A program made the position numbers and the translations under genes. Of a DNA stretch of 20,883 bases, positions 1 through 11,014 are shown one piece after another. Origin of the DNA: Bugula neritina (Eukaryota > Animalia > Bryozoa). The DNA is taken from the NCBI GenBank assembly GCA_964035545.1, contig CAXIUT010000228.1:1-20883 (forward strand), written 5' to 3'. Below the pieces are notes generated by a model that was not told where the DNA came from, ran no database searches, and saw nothing but the letters and a program-made list of their open reading frames with translations. The stretch's first letter is position 1. Each line of letters begins with the position of its first letter.

Positions 1-104
1 CCAACCCCAACCCCAACCCCAACCCCAACCCCAACCCCAACCCCAACCCCAACCCCAACCCCAACCCCAACCCCAACCCCAACCCCAACCCCAACCCCAA
101 CCCC
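1..104 (+). repeat. Left telomere, (CCCCAA)n
   Basis: Perfect C4A2 tandem array from base 1 to 104, the Tetrahymena-type ciliate telomere repeat. Confidence 0.99.
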
Positions 105-137
105 ATTATAGCATATAATAAATATTATAGCATATAA
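105..137 (+). repeat. Subtelomeric 14-bp direct repeat ATTATAGCATATAA x2 (period 19)
   Basis: Identical copies at 105-118 and 124-137, between the telomere and the ATG at 142. Confidence 0.85.
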
Positions 138-141
138 ATCG

Positions 142-1255
142 ATGGCTCGTTAGATTATCAAAAGGAATACTATTAATATATAACAAAATGAGTTAGTTCA
201 TTCTTTGTTGAATGTGATTCGTGGTCGAGAGAACAGTTTGATCTTTTTTTTAGAAATGGTTTCTCTTGAAACTTAAAAATACAATCCTACTCAGTATAAA
301 ACTTTTAAATAATAATTTATCACTAAACAAAAAAGTGCCACTCAAAATATCAAAACCATTATTTGGAAAATATCAAACTTTATCTCAACAAAGTATCTAT
401 TAGTATATGTAGTTTGATTAAATCATTTTGGAATAAGTTAAAAAATATCCTTAAAGTTGCCTTCTAGAGAATCAAAGTGATTTAAATAGTTGATATAGCT
501 GTTGAAAGGTTCTATTAACAAATATATAAAAATATAGATCTTTTTTATCAAACGAGTATGCCTATTAAAGAGCTTTTGTATATTTAGCAAATTTTACAGC
601 AAAGAGCTGTTGAAATAATATTAAGTGTAAAGAAGAGTAAAAGTAATAGTTTTAGTTGCAATAAAATAAGAAGTGAAACTATTCTTAAAAAGAAAAGTAA
701 TCAATAAAGAAATCATTCGGCTAATAAAATTAGATAAAAACAAATAACTGCTGTTGATGAATTAACTATTATCAAATAGTCAAATAGAAGTAAAAGAAAA
801 ATGAAAATAAAAAGTGGATAAGTAGATTACAAAAGGTATTATCAATTATACATAGATGTCAAACTTCATTAAATAGACTATAAGGCAAGTTAACTGATAT
901 TATGGAGAGTAAAATAGATTATCAGATTGATAGAAAGAAGACTCAGAGCTAGAATTAAAATATATTGTTTTAGTGTCTTTTTAATAGAAATATTAATAAC
1001 TTAAGAATAATTGGAAAATATCAATAGAATTGTAATTGCTTTATGGAGAAGATTAAAAAGTTGAAGGAAAAGTAAATTCGTCGAAATAAAGCTAAATTTA
1101 TGAAGAGATTGGTTGAAAGTGAGTGTAGATAGAACAGAGAGGTGAAGTAGAAGGAGACAAGTGGTAAGATATTGAGACAGAAAACTTAGAAGGGAAAGAA
1201 GGTTTTAATAAAGAAGTAGTAAATAAAAGCCAAGAAAATATCTACATCAAAATGA
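142..1255 (+). CDS. Hypothetical basic (K/R-rich) protein, 357 aa, 2 introns
   Basis: ATG at 142 and TGA at 1253-1255. The frame is open with TAR=Glu after removing 20-nt introns 393-412 and 836-855 (1074 nt = 358 codons). No domain recognised. Confidence 0.8.
393..412 (+). other. 20-nt spliceosomal intron
   Basis: gtatctattagtatatgtag; removal restores the frame; A at -6. Confidence 0.85.
836..855 (+). other. 20-nt spliceosomal intron
   Basis: gtattatcaattatacatag; removal restores the frame; A at -6. Confidence 0.85.
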
Positions 1256-1306
1256 TAATTTTTAAACTAATATCTTGTTATAATATTTACAATTGAATTC
1301 TGAAAG

Positions 1307-4300
1307 ATGAACCACGTTTTATAGTTGAATTCTAGACGGTATATAGTACGGCAGCAGCATCAAAAAATGATGCTTTTGACATTTCCTTCCTTGAAGTTAC
1401 TTCATAAACTATATCTCAATACTACCTTTTCTTGTATTAATAAACAAACTAAAGAGATTATGTCTATCTATCAAAATTAAATTACTATTATTAAAGCAGT
1501 AGTAAGTCCTTTGCAATTGGCTATTACTCAACAAACTTTTATTGATTGGCAAGCTAGTGGAGGAATACTCATGGAACATGATATCGTCCTCTATAGTCTT
1601 CATGGCATTGTTTTTTATAACAGAGCAAGCGATATTGAAAAGGCTTGGCAAGTGGAGGTGATTCAGGATATATAGGAAGTGAAAAGTAGTCCTGGAGATG
1701 AAGTTATTGCTATGAAAGTAAAATAACCCAATAATTCATTGTTTATTTGGAGGATAGCTTAGCCTTCAGTCAAACCACATCAATAGATAATCTTAACACA
1801 GCCGATAGTTCAATGGTAGTTCATTTATAATAATCTTTTAGCTATACTAACAGCATCATAGCTTCGTATATACATTTTAGGTTCTCAGCAGCAATTTAAC
1901 TTATATCATTTTTATTTGATAAATGCTCGTTCTTTTTGCTGGATAGATTATCCTCTGGTCGATAGGGAGCAAAGACTATCAGTGAATAACGTTATTTTGA
2001 TGTAGAGAAGAGCTATAGCTAATATAGTGGAGTTATACTAGTTGTAGAAGCGAGTATTGGAATCTTAGTGTTCTGTGATAGGGTCTATTTTATTAAGGTA
2101 CAAATCTGTGAATATGAAAAGAGTTATTGGTTGTTGGAGGGAAGAGGATCGGATTGGACTGGTATGTTAGACTAAGAATAGAGAGTTATTTACTTTTGAA
2201 ATGAACAGGAAGATGAAAATATACCGAGTGAAGGCCAATTAGTAGTGTTTGGGTGCTAATGTCAATGAAGTATATGTGAATGGTAATTTGTTGCTGGTTA
2301 AAGATAGAACTCGTTGGAAATATTATAAGATAAAAGCTGAGAAGACATATTAGTTGTTGGAGTAGCTGGATTGTTAAAAAGCTTTTATTGGTTCTTAAAA
2401 TAAGATATACTACTTGTATTAACAAGCTGTTTATATAAAAGAGGTGGGAGGGATGCGTGGTGATCCAATTGCATTCAAATATCCTGGTGTTTAGAAAATA
2501 CACTACTTGAATTCAACTAAATAGGCATGTTATATCATTGCTGGTATAAGATTTTTCAAAATAACAGATACTGCTGTAACATCAGTAGGTTTTGCTATCA
2601 AAAATGAGAAAGCTGAGTTAGTCTATATTGATCGATTGACTCAGACTTTAACTTATCGGATGGGATCTCAGAAGATGTTGTTAAAGTACCAGATCGGTGC
2701 AAAGGTGACAGTTGTTATGAGCAAGTCGAGTAGCAAAGATTTGGTGGCAGTGAAGGGCGGGAGATGGATATAGCAAGATGAGCAAGAATTTACATTAGGA
2801 ATGGGAGATAAAGTCCTAGCTACTTTTTATTTATCAAAGTTGTTAAAGATACTTGACAATGAAAACAAGTTATTCCAATATTCAATTCACAGTATAAGCG
2901 GAGACGGTCTTATTTTGGTTCTAAAGAACTATGTATTTTTTTTACAAGTGGTATAGGACGAGAGAGGATGTGAGATAGTATTGATAAAGAGAAGTAATAC
3001 AGTTTTATATCATCGTTTTAATCCTCATGCTCATGTAGTTAAATTAGTGGATTCATCGAATCTATCATTTTGGATTGGAAATAGAGTTATACAATTGGGT
3101 GGTAGAATCAATCCTCATGCTATTATCGATCCATACTTGCCTCCTTAAACCTTAATGGCTAAACAGCTAGAATTGAAAAGAGTTTTTCCACCACATCATC
3201 CGAGAATATTAGAATTGTTGATTTAAACTAATAATTTGACTTTGGTTTTGGAGTTGATAAAAGTTGTTAGAAAATGGTTTTTAAAGAAATAACATACTCT
3301 AGCTTAGCTACATAAAGATATTGGAATAGATTTTGTTTCTGATATTTTATGGAGTAATAGAGAAGAAGATCTAAGTCGATGGCCTTAGCAAAAAACTATC
3401 TAATAGTCATAATTGATGAAAACATTTGCAACTGAGATGATGGATAATTTTTAATAGATAAATTTGAAATAAAGAGGTCCATTCAGATTTGAAAGTATTC
3501 TTCAATCTCTTGCTTATTTTTTATCTAATTCTAGAAGTGTAGATTATTTTTCACAATCGACTCTTATTTTGGCCAAGAGTTCAATTATGAAAGGAAAAGC
3601 TTTGAATAGCATGCATATTGCTCAACTAATGCACTCTTTAAATAAATAAGAAGCAGCTCTTTAGTTAAAGCCTGAGAAAGTGACTTGGGAATGGATGAAG
3701 GAATATTCTATTCCTTTTTGGATTGGAAATAAAGAAATGCTAAGAAAGTGGATTTAGTAATTTGCTGGAGCTGAGTATCGTAGAAGTAAGGAACCTTTTG
3801 ATTGTTTGTTTTGGTATTTGTTGGTTGGAAAAAGATCTTTGGTTACTACACTTTTTAAAAATCATAAAATAGATTCAAAATAACACGATTCAATAGCTAA
3901 CTTTTTGACTAGGGACTTTACATAGGCAAAAAACCGTTCAGCTGCTATAAAAAATGCCTATGTTTTGATCGATAAGAAGAGATATTTACATGCTCTAGCT
4001 TTTTTTATTTTAGGTGAATCGATTGATGACTGTATGCGTTTCTGTACAGACAGATTGAAAGATATGAATCTGACTTATACGTTTATATTGTTTTTTAAAG
4101 ATGCTGACATAAGTTATTTGTTATCTGTAATGTAAAAAGGAGATATATGGATGAGACATATAAGATATAAGATAGCTGGAGAGCATATTAGAAGTTATAA
4201 TTGTCTTTTTTAGGAAAATGACCAATTAAATTGGAGTTATCAGCCTCCGTTGACTGGTTTCCATCCTGCAGCTATTTAATTTGCACAAAAAATAAGAAAT

Positions 4301-6604
4301 TCTGTTCCTGTTAGAAGATAACTATAGGCTCAAAATCAAATAAATCAATCAAGTAATGACATTTTTGATGATTTTTTTGGATCATCTTCTACCACAGTCG
4401 AATAAACTAAAATATAAAAGATATAACTCAAAGGTGATATTGATGAGTTGAAACCTCAAGCTGTTGGGTATTTTTTGAAGGAAGGAGTGCCTGTAATGGC
4501 TTTGGCTATTTAGGATTCTAACTAGGAAGCAAAGTAGGCTTATTCTTTTTAATTATACAAGTTAGGAGGAGAAGTTTAGGCTTCCATGGAGTCAGTGGTG
4601 ATTGGACTTGAAGATAAGTTAGCTATTTTTAAATGTTATAAAGCAAATAAAAAAATTAATTAAATAGTGAGTTTTATCTAGAAATAAATATAGAAGTTTA
4701 AATATAATTTAGGACATGTTCATTTAGTGCAAATAATTGAGACTAAGAAACATATATTGGGCTAGATATTACATTTTGGTTATTTTGCATAAAAAATAGT
4801 AATACTGTAGCAATAAAGATAAGATGAGTAATAGAAACCTAGTTCTTACAGCAAAGTGATTTAACAGTTGATAGTGTTATCAAAAGTGAGTAAGATATTG
4901 GTTTGTTTGATTTTATAAGATTTTTAAGACCTTCTTCAATGCATATAGGATTTAAGATAGCCTAATTTAAAAGTTAATGTTGATTTATGGTAAAGATTTA
5001 GGACACTTTATGATGATGTGGTATAGCATAAGAAAGCAAAACAGCTAAAACAAATGGATTATTTTTAACATGCTTTTATTTCTACTTATAGAGCTATCAA
5101 AAAAGAATAAATATATAGAATGGAACTTTAAATAACTTCATAGTAAGCTGCTATTTTGATAATTAAGATATGTGTTTTGACATATTTATCAAGAATAAGA
5201 TTCCCTGTACAATAAGAGTTAGTATAATTGAAAAATACTAGCTTAGAATATTTAAATAACTGGATCACTAGCTATAAATATACAAATATTGTTGACTAAT
5301 ATAGAATTCTGTTGAGAGAAGGCACTCAATCTAAATTAAAACTATCTGTATTAAATCATGTTTTTGATAAATATTTTATTCAGGTCTTTGATATTATGAC
5401 CATTGTTCATTCCGGATTCTTTTAACAACATTTTATATCTGCTCAATAAGATAAAATACATGAATTGCAAGCGATTTAGGTGTTTAGAAATAAACAAGAT
5501 GGATTGAAAAGTTTTATTATTAATAAACATTAAGGAAAAGGTCTTTAATGTATAGCTTTATTCAAAAGATTGATTAAAAAGTTTTAATTATGTGAGAATC
5601 TGGTTAAAAGATAAAGAACTAGAGATAGCTATGGATTATTAGCTTAAGATAGTGGGTATAACAATGTATCTCAAATAGACCCTATAGTTTATTTAAAAGC
5701 TAAAAACCCGCCTCCAATTGATTAAGCTTTAAATTGGATCATAAATAAAAGAAAGTATCTTAGTGAGAAAGATTTTCCTAGAGTTAATGCTAATTTTTCT
5801 GAGAAAGGGTATATGAGACAAATAGAAGCACCATATTTGGATTATAATTAACTTAATTCGATAGAATGCCATCCTTTTCTTCCTTTTTATCTCATAGGCG
5901 GAAAAGGTTTGATATAAGTTGGTCACATGAACAATCTTAAAAATTTTGATAGAGTTAAGTGTCCAGGTATGAGCTAAATAGTCAAATTGCATTCTAGTGG
6001 TCAGAGAGTAGGAGCTATAGATTCTTCAGGAAATTTAGGTTTATATAATTTTGATCCATCATTTCATAATAACTGTGTCTATTCTTTAAAGAAAAATTCA
6101 ATAATAGACTTTTGCTATCTCAAACCAAGTGTTCTAGCAACTATATCTCAATCGTCATTGCAAGTTATTGACACTTTGATTCATCCTAAAAGACAAATGC
6201 AATTCAGACAGGCATTCAATAAAGATCCAGTTGAAGTGACAGCAACAAAAGACAATAAAATAATAGTACTAAGAAAGAACTAGGTTTTGATTTATGACAT
6301 TCGAATGTAGAGGTTATAAGGTTCAAAAGATTTAAAAGGAAAGGGAAAATCTATTTATTTATAGGATAAGGTACTATATGTGGGAATGTCAGATTCAAAG
6401 GTGAAAGCTTTCGATGTTTTCAATGAAAATAACAACTACGAAACAATTCGAGTGGGATCATCAGGTATAAATAAAATTAATATAGATGATAAAGATCGAT
6501 AAAGTATTGATCAGTTGATAGGCTATGACAATATAATAATGGCGATGAGTAACGAAGGTTCTATTTACTATTTACCTCAATTGGGCAAAGATGCGTTCAA
6601 GTGA
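1307..6604 (+). CDS. RAV1: Rav1/DMXL (rabconnectin-3 alpha, RAVE complex)-like WD40 protein, ~1760 aa
   Basis: A single 5298-nt frame with no internal TGA. The Rav1p_C-like block at ~3180-4090 reads FPPHHPRILELL...TWEWMKEYSIPFW...LRKWIEEFAGAEY...PFDCLFWYLLVGK...ANFLTRDFTEAKNRSAAIKNAYVLIDKKRYLHALAFFILG, matching the DMXL motif AALKNAFSLLGKQRF..AAFFLL. C-terminal WD repeats include ECHPFLPFYL, VIDTLIHP and IYDIR. Probable 21-nt intron at 6465-6485. Confidence 0.9.
6465..6485 (+). other. Probable 21-nt (3n) intron
   Basis: gtataaataaaattaatatag fits the GTA...AYNTAG consensus. It is frame-neutral, so it cannot be proven from DNA alone. Confidence 0.6.
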
Positions 6605-6684
6605 TAAGAATTCTTTATAAAGCTATTTATGTTAGTTAATATATAAAGTATGATATAAGCTATAGATTTAATTATCAAATAAAG

Positions 6685-7291
6685 ATGACAAACGTGAATC
6701 ACAAAATAAACCAAGTAAAAATCATTCTATGAAGTACGAAGATAAAGTTAACAGTCTTTATAAACAAATATAAGGACTTGAACAATAGGCCAAAAACTAT
6801 CTACAAAAATCAAAAGAATCGAAGGGATCTGCTCGATAAATGTATAAGCAAAAGTGTATGATGGCTCTCAAAAAAAAGAAACAAATCGAACAACAAGCTA
6901 AAAATTATAATTCTCATCAAAATATGCTTCAGCAGGCAGCTTTCAATATCTAAAATGCTCAAAACCAAAAATAAATGGTAAAGTTTTTGTTATTTAGTAT
7001 GCAGGCCTTCAAACAGCAGTTTAGGCTCAGAAATAGGCGATCAAAGGAGTTGATGTGGACAAAATGTATGATATCCAAGATGAGATGATTGATATGAAGA
7101 TGCAGAGTGATATGATGAACGAAATGATGAACAGGAACTATGACATGGATGTCGATGAGGACTAGTTCTAAGATGAGTTTATGGAGTTTCAGAAGGAAGT
7201 AGCTATTGAGAAGAAGAAAAATCCTAATATTGGGAATATCAAAAAGGAACAGGTTCCTTCACAGTCTATCGACGATATTCTTAAAATGTGA
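6685..7291 (+). CDS. VPS60: Snf7-family ESCRT-III subunit, Vps60/CHMP5-like, 188 aa, 2 introns
   Basis: Reads YKQKCMMALKKKKQIEQQ...QQAAFNIENAQNQKEM...VDVDKMYDIQDEM...MNRNYDMDVDEDEFEDEF. Introns at 6715-6734 and 6978-6997; TGA at 7289-7291. The family call is firm; the subfamily is less so. Confidence 0.88.
6715..6734 (+). other. 20-nt intron with AAG acceptor
   Basis: gtaaaaatcattctatgaag contains an in-frame TGA. Removal joins ATG 6685 to the Snf7 frame. Confidence 0.8.
6978..6997 (+). other. 20-nt spliceosomal intron
   Basis: gtaaagtttttgttatttag; required to keep the Snf7 domain in frame. Confidence 0.92.
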
Positions 7292-7300
7292 TAGATATCA

Positions 7301-8278
7301 TCAACAACAGCTATAATATTTATTATCAAGCAAATTGCAACCTGATTCGATCTTTTGACTCTCTTAGAAAGTGGGAATAAAAGATTGCCAGCTTTGTATG
7401 GTTTAGTTTCCACTATTTCTGGTGGGCTAGGTCATAAAATTAATCCAATTCTGGATGATTCCTTTGGAGAAAGGATTGTATCCAGAAGGAAGATGCTTTA
7501 GATAGCTGATATTTCTTTTTCTCCAGTGTTCCCAAGTAGTAATTCCACTTGAAATGATTGCAGTATGATATATAAGAAGATATCCTGTGAAAAAGATAAA
7601 CCCAAGATCTAAGAGCATAAGAAGGAATATTGACCATGTAATGAGGTAATGAAGTTCTAGCTGAAGATAATCAAAATAGGAAGGTAATTGGTAAATAGAA
7701 ATGAAGGTAGAAATATTATTGATTGTCTGAAAGAAGAGAAAAAGATAAAAAGGTTTATGGTTATGACGACCTACACAGTTTCCTATCCAGAAACAGTGAT
7801 GATCAAACCTTTAAATGCACACTTGACATTTTCTACAATGTTTAGTTCGATAATCACAAGTTATTTTACATTTTTTGCAGTAATATTTATTAGGTTTTTT
7901 TGAACCTAATAGTCCATTCTAACTTTAATCATTTTATGGCTAAATTTCTTATTTCAGCTAAACTGATATAGTAATAGGAGTCGTATCTATTTTGTTGCAT
8001 TGAAGATAAACTTTAAGAGCTAAATAGTAAAAGAGAAATGATAATCCAATATTGCCAAAAGAACAAATCAAAGAGGTTTTACTAATCTATGAAGCAAAGT
8101 TTTATCCTTTTTCATAGTATTATTAAAGTATGCAGAGATAAGCGAAAAAGATTCCAACCATTGTAGTTGGTATAAAGCAAAAATAGAAACTTTTAGCTCC
8201 GTCATAAGCTTGTTGCTCGTGTAAAGTTAATATTTTTCGTAGTTGTTATGGTTGAGTTTAATGGTATTTATTTTCCAT
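7301..8278 (-). CDS. DHHC protein S-acyltransferase (palmitoyltransferase), 325 aa, intronless
   Basis: Reads [45 protein letters not shown], with 4 hydrophobic segments, a TTWE motif, [12 protein letters not shown] and C-terminal DNKYYSCC. Ends in TGA-TGA. Confidence 0.96.
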
Positions 8279-8287
8279 AATAACAAT

Positions 8288-8601
8288 TCAAAAGATAATT
8301 ATGAGTATTATAAGAACAATCATGAGGCAACAGAGTAGCCAGCAGGCACAAATTTGATTAATATCTAAATAGCTAAAATATTACCATGAGTTTATAGAAG
8401 TTATCCTATTTATTGATTGAGTTCTTTAAGTCTTCCAGTCGTTAAATCTACCTATTAGTCTAGTTGCCCTATCATCCTGTTTTGCCTATTAACTTCATTA
8501 TTAATATTTTGGCCTGTATGCTTCATTCTAGATGCAATTTAGTGTATTTATTCAATATGTTCGTCTTGGTCTTGTTGTAGTCGATGATGTCCGTATTGCA
8601 T
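8288..8601 (-). CDS. Minimal Qc-SNARE (syntaxin-6/8, Tlg1 or Bet1-like), 97 aa, 1 intron
   Basis: Reads QDQDEHIEEIHEIASRMKHTGQNINNEVNRQNRMIGQLDEEVDLTTGRL, with the 0-layer Q. C-terminal TM segment is ICACWLLCCLMIVLIILIIIF. Intron at 8365-8384. Confidence 0.9.
8365..8384 (-). other. 20-nt spliceosomal intron
   Basis: gtaatattttagctatttag on the minus strand; removal joins the SNARE motif to the TM anchor. Confidence 0.9.
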
Positions 8602-8634
8602 TTAATATTTGATTATTTAGATTAGTAGTAAATG

Positions 8635-8677
8635 ATTATCAGATAGTAAGTTATTATCAGATAGTAAGTTATTATCA
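8635..8677. repeat. 18-bp tandem repeat, 2.4 copies, overlapping a stop codon
   Basis: ATTATCAGATAGTAAGTT at 8635-8652 and 8653-8670, plus a partial copy at 8671-8677. Confidence 0.93.
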
Positions 8678-9514
8678 AATGAAGAAAGAACGGCTTATTT
8701 TTTGTTGTATTTGGGAGGCTTTTCTTTGGGCATGATTGACTTATCGAAGAAAACCTTTAAATCTTTCTTTTCTTGCTAATTTAAGAGTAGAATTATGATT
8801 TAAGTCATAAAAATGTTAGTAGTTGACATTTGATCGATATTTCATTGTATTTATATTTGTTTTTTCAAGATTAATGAATTTCTCTTATTGTTCTTAAAGA
8901 AGCTATTTTCTAATAAGCTATCTTTCTTATTTAAGATATCCTTTTCTCAATGTCTATTTTAAATTCAATGTTTTTTATAATTCTTATTGTTTCTTTGAAT
9001 AATTATTGATTGTTTTATTATTATTGTTAAATTGTTATTTGAATTATTCTTCATTTATTTCTTTAAGGTCAGAATAGCTATCTTATTTTTCATAACTTTT
9101 TATCACAGAATCTGGTCGATATTTTCTATGTTTTTTATTACTGAACTTTTTAGTCTTTATTTTAGGTGATTATTCACCCATATTTATTGCTTTATCGATT
9201 ACAGGAGATGATTAAGGTAAGTTATTTATCTTTCTGTATTATTTCATATCATCTTGAACCTTTTTTATCTAATTTTTGACATAGTTTGTTGAATAAGAAG
9301 TTGCTGAATAATTGCTTTAGAGACTTTAACTGCAAAAACTTTAATTTTAAGAATTATTTTATTTATTGAATGAATTATCAACAGCATTGTTTAATAATTA
9401 TTCGATAACTTTTTGTCTTGCTAGCTCTTCATATAGATTAGTATCTAAATAGGATATTTATTCTTTTTTATTTTTAATTTGTTCTTCTAATCCATAAAGT
9501 TCATAGTTTTACAT
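8675..9514 (-). CDS. Hypothetical low-complexity/coiled-coil protein, 279 aa
   Basis: An 840-nt frame from ATG (9514) to TGA (8675) with no internal TGA. It begins ATG-TAA (M-E-N-Y-E-L-Y-G-L-E-E-Q). Confidence 0.8.
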
Positions 9515-9572
9515 TGTTAATAAATAACAGACGATTTATCAATACCCTATCTTATATTAAAATTATTCACGA
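9515..9572. promoter_or_regulatory. Putative bidirectional promoter (58 bp)
   Basis: AT-rich spacer between two divergent ATGs. Positional inference only. Confidence 0.4.
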
Positions 9573-10987
9573 ATGAAGTGTAGTTAGTCTCCTCCTGATA
9601 ATAAGCAAAATTAGACTACAATAAGAACTAATAGTAAGTATGAACCACTTCGTAAACCTCATTTTAGGTTGAGAGAGCTAAAAAACTCTGGAACCAATAG
9701 AATAGATATATCATCATCTCCAAAGAGAACAAATGAGATAGTAACTCACGTTAGTATGGCAAATCAAACGATGAGAACAAGAGATAAAAAGATGAATAAT
9801 ACTACTAATAACTTTTATAGCAATTTATCTAAAATTGTAAAGGTAGGGTCGCCTTAGAGATAGGAGAGAAGTTCAATGAGAAAAACCTTTTTCAATAAAA
9901 GAAATAATCATGAAAGTAGTCCTTAGAAATCGACTCCTTCGAACTCACTTATTTTTAATAAAACAAGCGTTAATTTTCATAGACAAGATATCTTCAAGAA
10001 TGAGAACAATAATAACTATCTCAATAAATATAAAATTATCAAATAGTTAGGAAAGGGATGCTTTAGCACTGTTTTTCTAGCTAATAAACAAAATAACATC
10101 AATAATAGATTTAGCAAGTCTCCTCTTTAATTTAATCCTTAAGTAGATGAAGATGGAAATCCTAATTTAACAGAGATGATCAATCAAAGAAACGATATTC
10201 TTCCTCGTTTAAGTCAGGAACAAAGTTTGAAGAATAGTTAGACTACAAATGAATCATAATCTAATTTGGTGGCTATTAAGGTGTACTAAAAGTTTAAAAT
10301 GAACAAAGATCCTAGTAAATTTAAAAATATCAAAAAATAGATAAACATAATGCAAAATTTGAATAACTAAGGTGTGATAAAGTTATACTAGAGTGTATAA
10401 ACTTTGACGAAAATAAGTTTAGTTGTAGAATATGGAGGTGAAGAGTCTCTGCTTGAATATGTAAAACACAACTATCCTTTATCTATTGAGACAGTAAAAA
10501 GTATAAGTTATCAATTGATAAAAGCTATTTCTTATTTGCATGATAAAAATATTGTTCACAGAGATATTAAACTTCAAAATGTATTGATTAATAAAGACAA
10601 TATCAAACTCATTGATTTCGGTTTTAGTTGTCTAAGTATCTTTCTACCTATATAGCCCATAAACAACAGAAGTTAAGTGCTATTTGTGGAACTCCTAACT
10701 ATATGGCTCCAGAAGTGATCAGTAAGAAAGAATATATTGGTGAGCAAACTGATATTTGGTCTTATGGAGTTGTTGTCTTCGCACTAGCATAGGGACGACA
10801 TCCTTTCAAAGCTGAAAGTTATAGTTAACTGTAAAGACTAGTTAATAAAGGTAAATATTAGTTTAGAAAAACTTGGTAGCAACCATTTAAAGACTTTCTC
10901 AATCGAATACTAAGAGTAAAGGCATCAGAAAGACCAACTTCTCACGAAATAATGCAGATGCGTTGGTTGAAATAAATCCAACAATGA
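9573..10987 (+). CDS. Ser/Thr protein kinase, CAMK group (MARK/AMPK-like), 464 aa, 1 intron
   Basis: Motifs present: [58 protein letters not shown] and ERPT. Intron at 10636-10655; TGA at 10985-10987. Confidence 0.96.
10636..10655 (+). other. 20-nt spliceosomal intron
   Basis: gtatctttctacctatatag; required to link DFG to the APE motif in frame. Confidence 0.95.
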
Positions 10988-11014
10988 TTAATAATATTCA
11001 TTTGTTATAAAAAG

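Noticed and set aside
3755-3760. Split code with TAA=Lys and TAG=Glu, suggested by LRKWI[TAG][TAA]FA versus DMXL IEKVA
   Set aside because: That second column is variable in the family. TAA sits at Glu-type positions in the kinase (VYEK, SVET), DHHC (CIERFDHHC) and Snf7 (IENA).
10338-10340. Standard ciliate code (TAR=Gln), or pseudogenes riddled with stops
   Set aside because: Gln would remove the invariant alphaC Glu of an otherwise intact kinase. Multi-kb frames free of TGA show the genes are intact.
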